In this document: piece by piece, positions 1 to 10,234 of the stretch
How positions within the stretch are numbered: the first letter of the stretch is position 1
How the letters are laid out: the number at the start of each line of letters is the position of its first letter
Origin: a bacterium
GTDB taxonomy: Bacteria; Patescibacteriota; Patescibacteriia; UBA2196
DNA length: 64,000 nt
NCBI GenBank assembly: GCA_035388785.1
Contig: DAOOQN010000004.1
Span: 4,318 to 68,317, forward strand
Direction of reading: 5' to 3'
The notes under the pieces: generated by a model
What the model was told of the DNA's origin: nothing
The model's database searches: none
The model's input: only the letters and a program-made list of their open reading frames with translations
Made by a program: the position numbers and the translations under genes

Positions 1-337
1 CATTTGTAATTGTCATTATACCTGTGGCTTTGCCAGGTTCGGTTTTAAAATTTTGTACCTCAAAACTTTTTACTATTTCTACCTCTTGTGTCGTGAGCGT
101 GCCATTTAAGACTACTTCAGTTGAAGTGGTGTTCAGTGGAATATTAAAAGTAAAGTTTTTTGCTTCCGGGGCTTCTTTGGGTTCCAAAGTAATAACAGCT
201 TTAGACAGAGTGAAGTAAACAATAATTAAAGTTAAAAGTGATGCTAAGATGATAAAAGAGAGTGCTATTTTTTTATATGGTCTATCGGGTGAAACAAATT
301 GTTCTTCTTGGAGGGTCTCTTTGTTTTGTTTAGGCAT
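1..337 (-). CDS. Hypothetical N-terminally membrane-anchored protein, partial (runs off window start). Begins MPKQNKETLQEEQFVSPDRPYKKIALSFIILASLLTLIIVYF...
   Basis: Manual translation of the minus strand from ATG at 337-335. Open to the window edge, with one predicted TM helix. It is absent from the ORF track because no stop falls inside the window. The + strand ORF 24-218 is antisense to it. Confidence 0.45.
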   Translation of the reverse strand, partial: MPKQNKETLQEEQFVSPDRPYKKIALSFIILASLLTLIIVYFTLSKAVITLEPKEAPEAKNFTFNIPLNTTSTEVVLNGTLTTQEVEIVKSFEVQNFKTEPGKATGIMTITN

Positions 338-353
338 ATTTTTTATTTATTAT

Positions 354-3300
354 TTATGTAAAAAATTTTAATTCCACACTGTTTTGGCCAATCATTTTTT
401 CAAGTGTCATTTTTATATTTTCATTATAGCTTATTTTATAATTTGTTTCAATTTTGCGACAGGCACCATTGTGATTGACAATAATGTTGACCTGCGTTTC
501 ACCAGGCGAGTTTAAAAAAACTTCTTTAATTTGATTGTGTATGATCGAGTCAAAAAAACGTGGCAAAGTCACTTGTAGATATTGTTCTACAGATTGTCTG
601 ATAATTGGTTGATTAAAATGTGGTGTGTTGTGGTTGTAAAATTGTCGTTGTGCATTGGTGTTATTATAGGAATTGGTATTTTGTAATTTTTGAATTACAG
701 CAGCGGTTTCTTCAATAGTAAAATTAAAACCATTTTCGACAATTATTTTTGCTTCTTCGTCGCGACTGGAAATTCGTCCGGTGATAGCAATAAATTTTTC
801 TACCTCCCAAATTAATTCAGTTTTTTTAAACACACTTGGAAAGACAATTAGTTCCATGGAGGTTGTCATATCTTCAATGGTGACAAAAAGCATTAGTTCG
901 TTTTTTTTGGTGAATATTTTTTTGACATTGCTTATTAGTCCTAAGCCTAAAATTTTTTCACCATCGTTCTTATTTTTTGTTTCAGTCAAGGTGGAAATTG
1001 CGCCGTTAACCTGTAAAGCCACAGCGCTAAAAGGGTGTGAGGAGACATATAAGCCCAAAAGCTCTTTTTCCCACGCCAATTTGTTTTGATCAATGGCCGC
1101 CGCGACTGGCTTGAGGTTTAGCGGTGGTAATTTTTTGGGCCCGACACCTTGATCATTAAAATTAAAAAGAGAAAACTGTTTACTGTCTTGGTCTTTTTTA
1201 CCATTTTTTATGTAATTTAAGATTTGATCAATATTTTCCACCACCATATTTCTTTCAATCAGAGAATCTAATGCACCACTTTTTGCCAACGCTTCCAAAG
1301 ATTTTTTATTTAAATTACGTGAATGCACGCGATTTAACAAATCCTCCAAACTCACAAACTTACCATTTTCTTGTCGTTCTTTAATTAGGAAAGTAATAAT
1401 ATCACTACCTAAATTTTTGATTGCCAGAAGTCCAAAACGGATAGTTTGATCAGAGACATAAGTAAAGCCGTGAAAAGATTCATTAATGTCGGGCGGTAGT
1501 ACCTGAATATTCATCTTTTTTGCTTCTTGGACTGTGGCTGCAATTTTTTCTGGCTCATCAAATTGCATTGTTAAAACAGCGGTCAAAAATTCAGCTGGCC
1601 AATGCGCTTTTAAATACGCAGTTTGGTAAGCCACCAGACCATACGAAGCTGCGTGCGCTTTATTAAAACCATAGGCGGCAAATGGTGTGATGAGTTGCCA
1701 AAGCTCATCTGTTTTTTCCTTTGATAAATTATTTTTTTGGCAACCGGTTTTAAACTTTTCTTCTTGAGCTGCCATTTCGGCCGGAATTTTTTTACCCATG
1801 GCTTTTCTAAATTTATCAGCCTCTTCCCAAGTATAGCCAGCCAGATTAATAGCGATCAGAAGCACATCGTCTTGATAGGTGATAATACCATAAGACATAT
1901 CCAAAATATCTTTGAGTCGTGGATCAAGATAGGTTATGGAGCTTGGATTGTGTTTACGACGAATAAATTCAGGAATAGATTCCATCGGTCCTGGACGATA
2001 TAAGGCCACCATGGCCATGATGTCAAAAATATTGGTCGGCTTCAAATCTATTAAATGTTTGGTCATGGCTGAGCCGCCCAATTGAAAAAGTCCGATAGTT
2101 TGTCCGTGTGAGAGCAGAGTAAAAGTCTCTTTATCATCCAGCGGAAGGTTATTGATATCCACTTCAATATTTTTTATTTTTTTAATTAATTTTACTGCCT
2201 CGCCTAAAATAGAAAGATTGGTGATACCCAAAAAATCAAATTTTAATAACCCGGCTGCTTCGGAAGATTTCATTTCGTACTGTGTTATTTTTTTACGTCC
2301 TGCTGGATCTCGTTGTAAGGGTACAAAATTGGTTATTTTACTGGGTGCGATTAAAGTTCCAGCAGCATGCACCGAAGCGTGTCGAGCGCAACCTTCAATT
2401 TTTTGTGCCAAGTCCAGCACTTGTTTACCTCTGGAGTCATTTTGGTAAATATTTTTTAATTCCTGATTTATTTCCAGCGCTTTTTTAATTGTCATAGGAA
2501 AACCCTGTGAGCCAAAGGGAATTAATTTTGATAATCGATCACCAAATTCATATGGCAGACCCAAAACACGTGTCACATCACGTACTGAACCACGCGCCAT
2601 CATGGTGCCAAAAGTACAGATTTGTGCCACACGGTCTTCACCATATTTTTGTTTGGCGTATTCAAATAATTCTTCGCGCCTGTTATCTGCAAAATCCATG
2701 TCAATATCTGGTGGTGTCGGACGGAAAGGATTTAAAAATCTCTCAAAGGGTAGTTTAAATTTTATGGGATCAATAGTAATGATACCAATACAATAACTGA
2801 CCAGTGATCCGGCGGCCGAACCGCGGGTGGTCACCACAATACCTTGCGTACGCGCCCAATTAATTAGATCAGCCACAGTCAAAAAATATGGAGAATAACC
2901 TTTATTTTTAATGACTTCCAATTCATAATTCAATCGGTCTTGATAAACCTTGGTTTGAGTTGGAATTTTTTCTTGTAAACCCTTTTCAGCTTGTATGCGT
3001 AATTCTTCATCGGCTGTTTTACCACTGGGAATCTCTACAGCTGGAAAATTCCATTTACCCAGATCCAATTCTAAATTGCACTGCTCGGCTATTTTTTGTG
3101 TATTGGCAATAGCATCGGGTAAATGTTTGAATTTTTCCTCCATTAGTTCTGGACTGGCAAAGGAACAGTCAAATTCACGCATCGTTAGACGCTTGGGATC
3201 GCTCAAAGTTGTTCCTGTGTTGATACACAAAAGTACTTCTTGTGCCTCAGCATCTTCTTTGTTTATATAATGAGCATCTTTGGTAACTATTAAAGGAGTG

Positions 3301-3893
3301 ACTGTTTTTTTTGATAGAGCAATAATTTTTTCAAAAAGCTCTTCCTGACCAGCAACGTTTTCGCCCAAATATACCATTTCCAAATAAAAATTTTCTGTTC
3401 CAAAAATGTTTTTGTATTCAAAGGTTAATTTTTCCGCTAAATTTAAGTCATTATTTCTTAAAGCGCGGGCAATTTCACCAGCCCAACAGGCCGAAGTGGC
3501 AATTAAACCGCCAGAGTATTTTTTTAAAACCTCTTTATCCAAACGTGGTTTATAATAAAAGCCATCTAGTTGAGCAATGGTAGCCAACTCAATTAAATTG
3601 TGGTAACCAACCAAGTCTTTAGCCAAAAGTATTAAGTGGGCCGGCTTGTCATCAATTTTTGTTTTTTTGTAGATCAATTTTCTGGGTGCTATGTAAGTTT
3701 CTATGCCAATAATTGGTTTGATGCCCGCATCCTTGGCTTTTTGATAAAATTCAATGGCGCCATACATTGCACCATGGTCAGTTAAAGCCATGGCCGGCAT
3801 TTTATATTCCACACATTTTTTTATGTATTCTTTAATTTTGGGCAGACCGTCCAAAAGGGAATAGTGTGAATGATTATGAAGATGGATGAACAT
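354..3893 (-). CDS. dnaE: DNA polymerase III alpha subunit (DnaE)
   Basis: 1179 aa. N-terminal PHP domain (HLHNHSHYSLLDG), the polymerase core, and a C-terminal OB fold. Length and motif order are typical of DnaE. Confidence 0.95.
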   Translation of the reverse strand: MFIHLHNHSHYSLLDGLPKIKEYIKKCVEYKMPAMALTDHGAMYGAIEFYQKAKDAGIKPIIGIETYIAPRKLIYKKTKIDDKPAHLILLAKDLVGYHNLIELATIAQLDGFYYKPRLDKEVLKKYSGGLIATSACWAGEIARALRNNDLNLAEKLTFEYKNIFGTENFYLEMVYLGENVAGQEELFEKIIALSKKTVTPLIVTKDAHYINKEDAEAQEVLLCINTGTTLSDPKRLTMREFDCSFASPELMEEKFKHLPDAIANTQKIAEQCNLELDLGKWNFPAVEIPSGKTADEELRIQAEKGLQEKIPTQTKVYQDRLNYELEVIKNKGYSPYFLTVADLINWARTQGIVVTTRGSAAGSLVSYCIGIITIDPIKFKLPFERFLNPFRPTPPDIDMDFADNRREELFEYAKQKYGEDRVAQICTFGTMMARGSVRDVTRVLGLPYEFGDRLSKLIPFGSQGFPMTIKKALEINQELKNIYQNDSRGKQVLDLAQKIEGCARHASVHAAGTLIAPSKITNFVPLQRDPAGRKKITQYEMKSSEAAGLLKFDFLGITNLSILGEAVKLIKKIKNIEVDINNLPLDDKETFTLLSHGQTIGLFQLGGSAMTKHLIDLKPTNIFDIMAMVALYRPGPMESIPEFIRRKHNPSSITYLDPRLKDILDMSYGIITYQDDVLLIAINLAGYTWEEADKFRKAMGKKIPAEMAAQEEKFKTGCQKNNLSKEKTDELWQLITPFAAYGFNKAHAASYGLVAYQTAYLKAHWPAEFLTAVLTMQFDEPEKIAATVQEAKKMNIQVLPPDINESFHGFTYVSDQTIRFGLLAIKNLGSDIITFLIKERQENGKFVSLEDLLNRVHSRNLNKKSLEALAKSGALDSLIERNMVVENIDQILNYIKNGKKDQDSKQFSLFNFNDQGVGPKKLPPLNLKPVAAAIDQNKLAWEKELLGLYVSSHPFSAVALQVNGAISTLTETKNKNDGEKILGLGLISNVKKIFTKKNELMLFVTIEDMTTSMELIVFPSVFKKTELIWEVEKFIAITGRISSRDEEAKIIVENGFNFTIEETAAVIQKLQNTNSYNNTNAQRQFYNHNTPHFNQPIIRQSVEQYLQVTLPRFFDSIIHNQIKEVFLNSPGETQVNIIVNHNGACRKIETNYKISYNENIKMTLEKMIGQNSVELKFFT

Positions 3894-4026
3894 AATTTTG
3901 GTTATTTTTTACCTTTATCAACTATATCTTATCAAACTAAAAAATGATTGACAAATAAAAAAACACCAGCCCAAAAGGCAAGTGTTTTTTTATTTTAAAG
4001 TAGAGCAATTTTTAAAGGTTATTTTT

Positions 4027-4341
4027 TTATTTTTTGCTTTTTTGTTTGTTTTTTGGGGCTGTACTTTCAGTACCATTTTTTTCGTTTTTAAAATAGCCAA
4101 CTATTTTGCTAATGCCTTCAGCCGCCAGATTTATATACAGGACTGTATTTTCCAATTTATCTTTGGCAGACTTAGTCAACTCGTCCAGTGTTTTTAATTT
4201 TTTCTTAATGCTGTTAGTAATTTGGTAAGCACGACGCATAATCATAATAATGTAGAAAAGCCACCAGCTAGTAAAAATGGTCAACCATAAAACACAGAAA
4301 GCAATTATGATATAAAGCAGGTCAAGTGAATTTTTTAGCAT
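4027..4341 (-). CDS. Small membrane protein with a coiled-coil tail (DUF948-like), hypothetical
   Basis: 104 aa. One N-terminal TM helix, then a charged and helical region, and a K-rich C-terminus. No motif I can assign. Confidence 0.4.
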   Translation of the reverse strand: MLKNSLDLLYIIIAFCVLWLTIFTSWWLFYIIMIMRRAYQITNSIKKKLKTLDELTKSAKDKLENTVLYINLAAEGISKIVGYFKNEKNGTESTAPKNKQKSKK

Positions 4342-4454
4342 ATTTTTATTTTTTAAATTAAATTTGCTGCGGTGGATAAATTATACCACTTTATTTTCTT
4401 TTGACAAAATTTGTGTTATAATAATTCTTATTAAGATTAAGTTAATTTTTCCCC

Positions 4455-5315
4455 ATGCCAGCAACGCTTCCCAAATGGTATTTAAGAGTCGCATATTTTT
4501 TTATTGCTAACCAAGTTATCATCAAACGGGCGGTTATTTTTATTTTTATATTTAGCAATATGCTCTTGTGGGGTTGGAATATTATAGCTTGGACTAATTA
4601 TCTCACCAACGCCAAAGTACATGACAGCACCATAGCCCTAATGCGTGAAAACTTAGTTAACTATGACAGCTTTAAAGCCTCTCACACTCCATTGGAACCA
4701 GAGATTTTACTGGTTTCAGCTGTGTCTAATGTTTCTGGTAAATATGATTTTTTGGCTAGAGTAAAAAATTTAAACATGGATTGGGCCATGACAAAAATTA
4801 AATACCGTTTTATTTATGCCGGTGGGGTGACAAATGTCAGAGAAAATTTTTTATTACCTGGTCAGGAAAAATATCTTTTTGCTTTTCTGGAAAATATTTC
4901 TGGAGCAGTGGGTGAACCACATTTAGAGATAATGGAAATAAGTTGGTGGCGAGTTAATCAGACGGAAGCCAATAAAATTATTGCCATTCTTAATGATCTT
5001 GCTTTTGCGGAAGAAAAATTTCAAAGCGTTGCGCAAAATTCAATTGTTTCTTTTAAAGCTAAAAATAATACACCCTATAGTTTTTGGGAGACTGGTTACC
5101 AGGTTATTCTATATGATGGTTCGCGGCCTATGGCTATCAATTATCTTTTGGCCACTAATTTTAAATCTGCTACAGAACAAGAATTGCAGGCCACTTGGTT
5201 TTCTACGCTTCCAAGTCCCAGTCGTATCGAAATTATAAGTGATGCAGACTTATTAAACCCTCAAAGCTATATGTCCACCTATGATAATTTAATGAGACCA
5301 CCCGGCCTTGAATGA
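4455..5315 (+). CDS. Hypothetical membrane-anchored protein, upstream of the SEDS gene and in the same orientation
   Basis: 286 aa with an N-terminal TM segment. A 30-nt gap separates it from the downstream FtsW/RodA gene, so they are probably co-transcribed. No recognisable catalytic motif. Confidence 0.4.
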   Translation: MPATLPKWYLRVAYFFIANQVIIKRAVIFIFIFSNMLLWGWNIIAWTNYLTNAKVHDSTIALMRENLVNYDSFKASHTPLEPEILLVSAVSNVSGKYDFLARVKNLNMDWAMTKIKYRFIYAGGVTNVRENFLLPGQEKYLFAFLENISGAVGEPHLEIMEISWWRVNQTEANKIIAILNDLAFAEEKFQSVAQNSIVSFKAKNNTPYSFWETGYQVILYDGSRPMAINYLLATNFKSATEQELQATWFSTLPSPSRIEIISDADLLNPQSYMSTYDNLMRPPGLE

Positions 5316-5345
5316 AATTTTAATTTGAGCTAGTATTGGTGTATT

Positions 5346-6449
5346 ATGATTTTTAATTTTTCCAAATTAAAGAATTTTGATTGGTCATTATTATTAATAA
5401 TTACACTTTTAGTTTGTATGGGTTTGGCTGTTATTTATAGTGTCACTTTGAGTCAGGAAAAACCCGACTATAGTTTGCTTAATAAGCAAATTATTTTTTT
5501 TGTGCTTGGTTTTGTGTTGTTGTTTGTTTTTGCTTTTTTTGATTATCGTGTTTTAGGCTCACTGGGTTTAATAATATATATTTTTTCATTATTACTTTTG
5601 GTGGCTGTGCTTTTTTTTGGCAGCACTTTTAAAGGCACACAGGGCTGGTTTAGTTTATTTGGTTTTGGTTTTCAGCCAGTCGAATTTGCCAAACTGGCTT
5701 TAATAATTTTTTTGGCGAAAATTTTGAGTGGTAACTCTGAAGATTGCTTGTCTCTAAAATTTATGTTATTGATTTTATTGTTGACAGTTTTACCAGTCAG
5801 TCTTGTCATTTTACAGCCAGATTTTGGTTCGGCCATGGTACTTTTATTCTGTGCTGTGGCTTTGTTATGGTTTGCTGGTTTGCCTAAAAAATATTTATAT
5901 ATATTATTTACAGTCTTAATAAGTGCACTAGTTGTGAGTTGGTTTTTTTTCATGATGCCTTACCAAAAAGAAAGAATTATGACTTTTTTAAACCCACTGC
6001 GCGATCCGTTAGACCAAGGTTATAACGTCAGACAATCTATAATTGCTATTGGTTCGGGCGAATTTTTGGGTCGTGGCTTGGGTTTGGGACCTCAAAGTCA
6101 GCTTAAGTTTTTGCCAGAAACAGCTGCTGATTTTATTTTTGCTTCATTAGGTGAAGAATTGGGTTTTGTGGGTATTTTTTTAATTTTTAGTCTTTATTTT
6201 TTATTTCTGTGGCGTATTTATAAAATAATAAAAATTACACGTGAAAATTTTTCTATGCTTTTAGTTTTAGGTATTACTAGTATGTTTTTTTTACAGATTA
6301 TCATTAATATTGGTATGGCTTTAGGATTATTGCCGGTGACTGGTTTGCCTTTGCCTTTTATCAGTTCGGGCGGCAGCTTTTTAATTATCAGTTTGGTGGC
6401 CGTGGGTATTTTAGAAAGCGTTTTAATGCGCAACAAAGGTGTAATCTAA
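5346..6449 (+). CDS. SEDS-family peptidoglycan glycosyltransferase (FtsW/RodA)
   Basis: 367 aa with about 10 TM helices. Conserved SEDS blocks are present (PVEFAKLALIIFLA, PDFGSAMV, LPFISSGGSF). I cannot tell FtsW from RodA. Confidence 0.85.
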   Translation: MIFNFSKLKNFDWSLLLIITLLVCMGLAVIYSVTLSQEKPDYSLLNKQIIFFVLGFVLLFVFAFFDYRVLGSLGLIIYIFSLLLLVAVLFFGSTFKGTQGWFSLFGFGFQPVEFAKLALIIFLAKILSGNSEDCLSLKFMLLILLLTVLPVSLVILQPDFGSAMVLLFCAVALLWFAGLPKKYLYILFTVLISALVVSWFFFMMPYQKERIMTFLNPLRDPLDQGYNVRQSIIAIGSGEFLGRGLGLGPQSQLKFLPETAADFIFASLGEELGFVGIFLIFSLYFLFLWRIYKIIKITRENFSMLLVLGITSMFFLQIIINIGMALGLLPVTGLPLPFISSGGSFLIISLVAVGILESVLMRNKGVI

Positions 6450-6461
6450 AAGTTTTATAAT

Positions 6462-6490
6462 TTGACATTTATATGGTTTACGCTTATAAT
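6462..6490 (+). promoter_or_regulatory. Sigma70-like promoter for rplY: TTGACA, 17-nt spacer, TATAAT
   Basis: Perfect consensus -35 TTGACA at 6462-6467, a 17-nt spacer, and -10 TATAAT at 6485-6490, about 28 nt upstream of the rplY ATG. Confidence 0.5.
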
Positions 6491-6517
6491 ATTTTTAATC
6501 AGTCATAACTATTTTTT

Positions 6518-7171
6518 ATGCAGAAAAAAATTGAGTTACAAGCGCAAACTAGAGTTGCCCTGGGTAAAGACAATAACGTTTTAAGAGCTGATAATTTGGT
6601 GCCCGCAGTCATTTACGGTCATGATTTTGTCAACCAAAACATTACTGTCAAATATAGTGATTTAGAAAAAGCTTACGCCGAAGGTGGCGAGTCTGTTTTG
6701 ATTGATTTAACAATCGACGACGGCGTCAGCCACAAGGTTATTATCCACACCATAGATCGAGATCCTTTAAAAGAACGATTTATACACGTAGATTTTTATA
6801 AAGTCAAAATGGATGAAAAAATTAAAACCGATGTGGCTTTGGAGTTCGTCGGTGAAGCTCCCGCTGTCAAAGAGTTGGGCGGATCTTTAATCAAAGCCAT
6901 GGATCATATTGAAATAGAGTGTTTGCCTGGCGATCTGATTCAAACTTTAGCTATTGATTTGTCCAAGTTAAAAACCTTTGGTGATTCAATCCGAGTTATT
7001 GATCTTGATATTCCGGCTAACATCACTTTATTGACTGCTAAAGATGCAACCATCGTTTTGGTTGAAGAAACAAAATCGGCGGCACCTGAGGAAACTTCCG
7101 TGCCAGCAACTGCTCCAGCAGAGGGTGAAAATATTCCCGTTGCAGCAGAAGAAAAAAATAAAGAAGATTAA
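6518..7171 (+). CDS. rplY: 50S ribosomal protein L25 / general stress protein Ctc
   Basis: 217 aa. The N-terminal L25 fold is recognisable (RVALGKDNNVLRADNLVPAVIYG ... IHTIDRDPLKERFIHVDFYKV), followed by an acidic C-terminal tail. Confidence 0.85.
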   Translation: MQKKIELQAQTRVALGKDNNVLRADNLVPAVIYGHDFVNQNITVKYSDLEKAYAEGGESVLIDLTIDDGVSHKVIIHTIDRDPLKERFIHVDFYKVKMDEKIKTDVALEFVGEAPAVKELGGSLIKAMDHIEIECLPGDLIQTLAIDLSKLKTFGDSIRVIDLDIPANITLLTAKDATIVLVEETKSAAPEETSVPATAPAEGENIPVAAEEKNKED

Positions 7172-7207
7172 TTTTTTTAATATTTTTTGTTTTAACACGC
7201 TCGTCTT

Positions 7208-7711
7208 ATGTTGTTTAACAATAAAAAAATTTCTCAAGGGTTCACTTTGGTAGAACTTTTAGTTGTTGTTTCCATTATGGGCTTACTGGCTACTTTGGCC
7301 ATAGCGGCTTTGCAAAGCGCGCGACAAAAAGGTCGTGATGCGCGCCGTCAGGGAGATATGAAACAAATAAAGACTGCCATTGAACTTTATTTTGATGCGA
7401 ATGGTTTTTATCCTCAATGTGCCGGTAATAATATTTGTACTAGTACTGGCTATCAGGGTAATATCCAAGCATTGGCCATAAGTCCAACCTATATGGTGAC
7501 AATACCCACAGATCCTAGAAACAGTAGTACAGTGTATGGTTATTATTATGCTCGCGGTTATAAAAAAACCGGTCCTAGTACTTTACTTGCTACTGGTTTA
7601 AATTCAGATTACGTTTTAGCCACTCGTCTAGAACTTCCAAATGATGCTGTCACATTAACTCCAAATAATGTTTGGGATAATGTTAATCTGAATTTGTTAT
7701 TGGGAAATTAA
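7208..7711 (+). CDS. Type IV pilin / pseudopilin-like protein with a class III (prepilin) signal
   Basis: The N-terminus KKISQG|FTLVELLVVVSIMGLLATLAI is the canonical prepilin peptidase site (G-1, E+5, hydrophobic helix). A globular C-terminal domain follows. Confidence 0.75.
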   Translation: MLFNNKKISQGFTLVELLVVVSIMGLLATLAIAALQSARQKGRDARRQGDMKQIKTAIELYFDANGFYPQCAGNNICTSTGYQGNIQALAISPTYMVTIPTDPRNSSTVYGYYYARGYKKTGPSTLLATGLNSDYVLATRLELPNDAVTLTPNNVWDNVNLNLLLGN

Positions 7712-7722
7712 AACAAAAACCA

Positions 7723-8238
7723 ATGTCCTTACAAGAACAAAATAGACTGGCAAATGCTAGATTACAGAAATTTTTTGTTTTAGCGGTTGTCGTCTTTGTT
7801 GTAGTTTTATTTATTACTTCTTTGGATGTTATTCAGGCTAAAATTCGGGATCAAAAACGTAAGGCTGATCTGCGGCAAATCAGCTTAGCCCTACAACTCT
7901 ATTTTGATAATTATCAAAAGTTTCCTCAAGTTGAAGATGATGATTGGTCGGGGTGGGATTTAAGTTTTGAACTTGGTGGCTCTCAACAATTATTTTTATC
8001 TAGACTTTCGCAAGTTGGTTATATTGATCACGTACCCGTTGATCCTTTAAATAACATAAATTATCTTTATCGTTATAGTTATTATCCAGCTGGATCTTTT
8101 GGTTGTAGCAAGGCCTTTTTTCTTTTACAAGCACTTAATTTTGAAAGTAGTGAAAAAAAACACGGTTCTGGTTCTTGTCCAGAATTTAATTTTGTTGATT
8201 TAGCTTCCAACGGTTATACCATTCAGGTTTTTGAATGA
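7723..8238 (+). CDS. Pilin-like paralogue lacking the canonical G/E cleavage motif
   Basis: An N-terminal hydrophobic helix (FFVLAVVVFVVVLFITSL) is followed by a block that resembles the preceding pilin (RKADLRQISLALQLYFDNYQKFPQ versus RDARRQGDMKQIKTAIELYFDANGFYPQ). The G-1/E+5 residues are not obvious. Confidence 0.45.
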   Translation: MSLQEQNRLANARLQKFFVLAVVVFVVVLFITSLDVIQAKIRDQKRKADLRQISLALQLYFDNYQKFPQVEDDDWSGWDLSFELGGSQQLFLSRLSQVGYIDHVPVDPLNNINYLYRYSYYPAGSFGCSKAFFLLQALNFESSEKKHGSGSCPEFNFVDLASNGYTIQVFE

Positions 8239-9314
8239 ATTATACAATGATGAAACATAAAATTTTTAAAAATAAAAAATTTATATTTGCCAGTCTGGGG
8301 CTGGTTTTTTTAATTTTAATTGGTGGAGTTGTATTTTTTTATGATTTAAAACAAAACATAATTAGTAATTCTGAAATTTTATTAATACAATCAAACGACG
8401 CTAAGGATTGTCTGTTTAAAAATCAACTCAGTGGAGTTTGTTTATCAGTAGAGCAAAAAAACCAATGGCCGGTAGCAATCATGATTGATAATCATCCAGA
8501 TGCCTGGCCTCAGTTTGGATTGAGCAAAGCATCTTTGGTTTATAGTACGTTGGTTGAAGGCGGTGCGACTCGTTTGATGGCTGTATTTTCTAACACCGAG
8601 GCGTTAAAGATTGGACCAGTTAGAAGTGCGCGGCCCTATTTTTTAATTTGGGCCAAAGAAATTGATGCTTTATATGGACATTCAGGTGGTTCTTTTGAGG
8701 CTATTGAAAAAATAAAAAAATACGAAATTATTAATCTCGAAGAAGCCACTAGTTATGGCCCGTTATATTTTTATCGTGACAAAAGTAAAGCTGCGCCGCA
8801 CAACCTTTTTACATCTGCCAAAAATTTATCCTTGGCCTTAAACGATTTTAATCTGGCCAGTTCAACACCGAGTTTTGTGACTTGGAAATTTTCGACTGAT
8901 GCCAACATGACTAGGCAACCAGCACAAAATATTAGCATTGATTATTCTGGTATGGATTTATTTGACATTGCTTACAGCTATAACACCACAACTGATTTGT
9001 ATTTACGTTTTCAAAATAAAAAACCGCACACAGACGGTCTGAATGATAAACAAATTGCGGTTCAAACAGTGATTATCCAATTTGTGCCAGAGGAAATACA
9101 TTTGGATGCGGCCGACAGATTACAAATTGATACACTGGGGGAAGGTCGAGCTTTAATTTTTTATCATGGAAAACAATTAATTGCGCATTGGAGTAAAAAA
9201 ATAATTACTGACCGCACTATTTTTTATACCGAAAGCAACGAAGAAGTTATCTTCCCGCCCGGTAATATTTGGGTGGAAGTTGTACCTGGAAAAAGGGATG
9301 TCCTGGTAGACTAA
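8235..9314 (+). CDS. DUF3048-like (YerB-type) membrane-anchored or lipoprotein-like protein
   Basis: 359 aa with an N-terminal TM segment. The block AIMIDNHPDAWPQFGLSKASLVYSTLVEGGATRLMAVF resembles the DUF3048 N-terminal domain. The start overlaps the stop of the preceding pilin-like gene (ATGA), which suggests an operon. Confidence 0.45.
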   Translation: MNYTMMKHKIFKNKKFIFASLGLVFLILIGGVVFFYDLKQNIISNSEILLIQSNDAKDCLFKNQLSGVCLSVEQKNQWPVAIMIDNHPDAWPQFGLSKASLVYSTLVEGGATRLMAVFSNTEALKIGPVRSARPYFLIWAKEIDALYGHSGGSFEAIEKIKKYEIINLEEATSYGPLYFYRDKSKAAPHNLFTSAKNLSLALNDFNLASSTPSFVTWKFSTDANMTRQPAQNISIDYSGMDLFDIAYSYNTTTDLYLRFQNKKPHTDGLNDKQIAVQTVIIQFVPEEIHLDAADRLQIDTLGEGRALIFYHGKQLIAHWSKKIITDRTIFYTESNEEVIFPPGNIWVEVVPGKRDVLVD

Positions 9315-9322
9315 AAACTAGT

Positions 9323-10234
9323 TTATTTGTTCCATAATTCAATCATTGCCAGTCTGATGCGACCAGCTAAATCTGGGTAAAAAGAGATGTTGGTTTGGTG
9401 GCTAGAAAAATTACGGCGGATAACTTTAAGCAAGCCGTTTTTTTGTTTAAAACCAATTTCACACAAAATAGTTTTTTTATTGGCAGAGATTTTTTTTAAT
9501 TGAGCGAATAGTTGCCGGTAAGCTTTAAGCCCGTCTTTGCCAGCAAATAATGCTTTGCGCGGTTCAAATTTTAAACCGATTTCTTCTGATCGAGCGGTTA
9601 TTTTTTTGTTGGGTAAATAGGGCAGGTTGGCAGTTATCAACAACTCTTCGCTATTTATGGAGTTGGAGTGTGCGGATTTTATATTTTTTATAAAAGGTGA
9701 CAAGAGATCGCTTTTAAAAAATTTTATTTTATTTTCAACTTCATGCAGTTTAGAATTTTTTTTAGCCACTCTTAAAGCTTGGCTGGAAATATCAACAGCA
9801 CAAATTGGTAATCTGAGATTATTTTTATTTTTTTGTATGTTTTTTAAAATAGCCACGGGAATACAACCAGAACCAGTTCCTACATCAATTAACTCATATT
9901 TTTTATTTGGATTGTTTTTAATAATTTCCAAAACTTTTTCCACCAAGAGTTCGGTTTCGGGGCGGGGGATTAAAACATTTTTGTTTACTAAAAAATCAAG
10001 GCCATAAAATTCTTTATGACCAACAAGATAGGCAATCGGTTCGCCTTTAGCTCGACGTTGAATCAAATTATTAAATTTTATTGTTTGGTTGGGGGTAAGT
10101 TTGGTTTCTGGGTGAGTAAAAATAAAAATTTTGTCTTTTTTTAAGACAAAAGCTAAAATAATTTCGGCATCCAGAATTGAAAATTTATGGCCAATTTTTT
10201 CTTTGATATCCAATAGAGCATCAGCGATTGTCAT
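9323..10234 (-). CDS. prmC: Release factor glutamine N5-methyltransferase (PrmC/HemK)
   Basis: 303 aa. The SAM-binding motif [11 protein letters not shown] and an NLPY motif (the NPPY variant) are present. It overlaps prfA by 4 nt, the classic prfA-prmC operon arrangement. Confidence 0.8.
   Translation of the reverse strand: MTIADALLDIKEKIGHKFSILDAEIILAFVLKKDKIFIFTHPETKLTPNQTIKFNNLIQRRAKGEPIAYLVGHKEFYGLDFLVNKNVLIPRPETELLVEKVLEIIKNNPNKKYELIDVGTGSGCIPVAILKNIQKNKNNLRLPICAVDISSQALRVAKKNSKLHEVENKIKFFKSDLLSPFIKNIKSAHSNSINSEELLITANLPYLPNKKITARSEEIGLKFEPRKALFAGKDGLKAYRQLFAQLKKISANKKTILCEIGFKQKNGLLKVIRRNFSSHQTNISFYPDLAGRIRLAMIELWNK

Noticed and set aside
24-218. Track ORF on the + strand (64 aa)
   Set aside because: It is antisense to a longer minus-strand ORF that is open to the window edge (1-337) and has a TM helix and a plausible start.
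3982-4197. Track ORF on the + strand (71 aa) overlapping the 4027-4341 minus-strand ORF
   Set aside because: The minus-strand ORF has a TM helix plus a charged-helix architecture and a better context. The + strand ORF is a Phe-rich artefact of AT-rich sequence.
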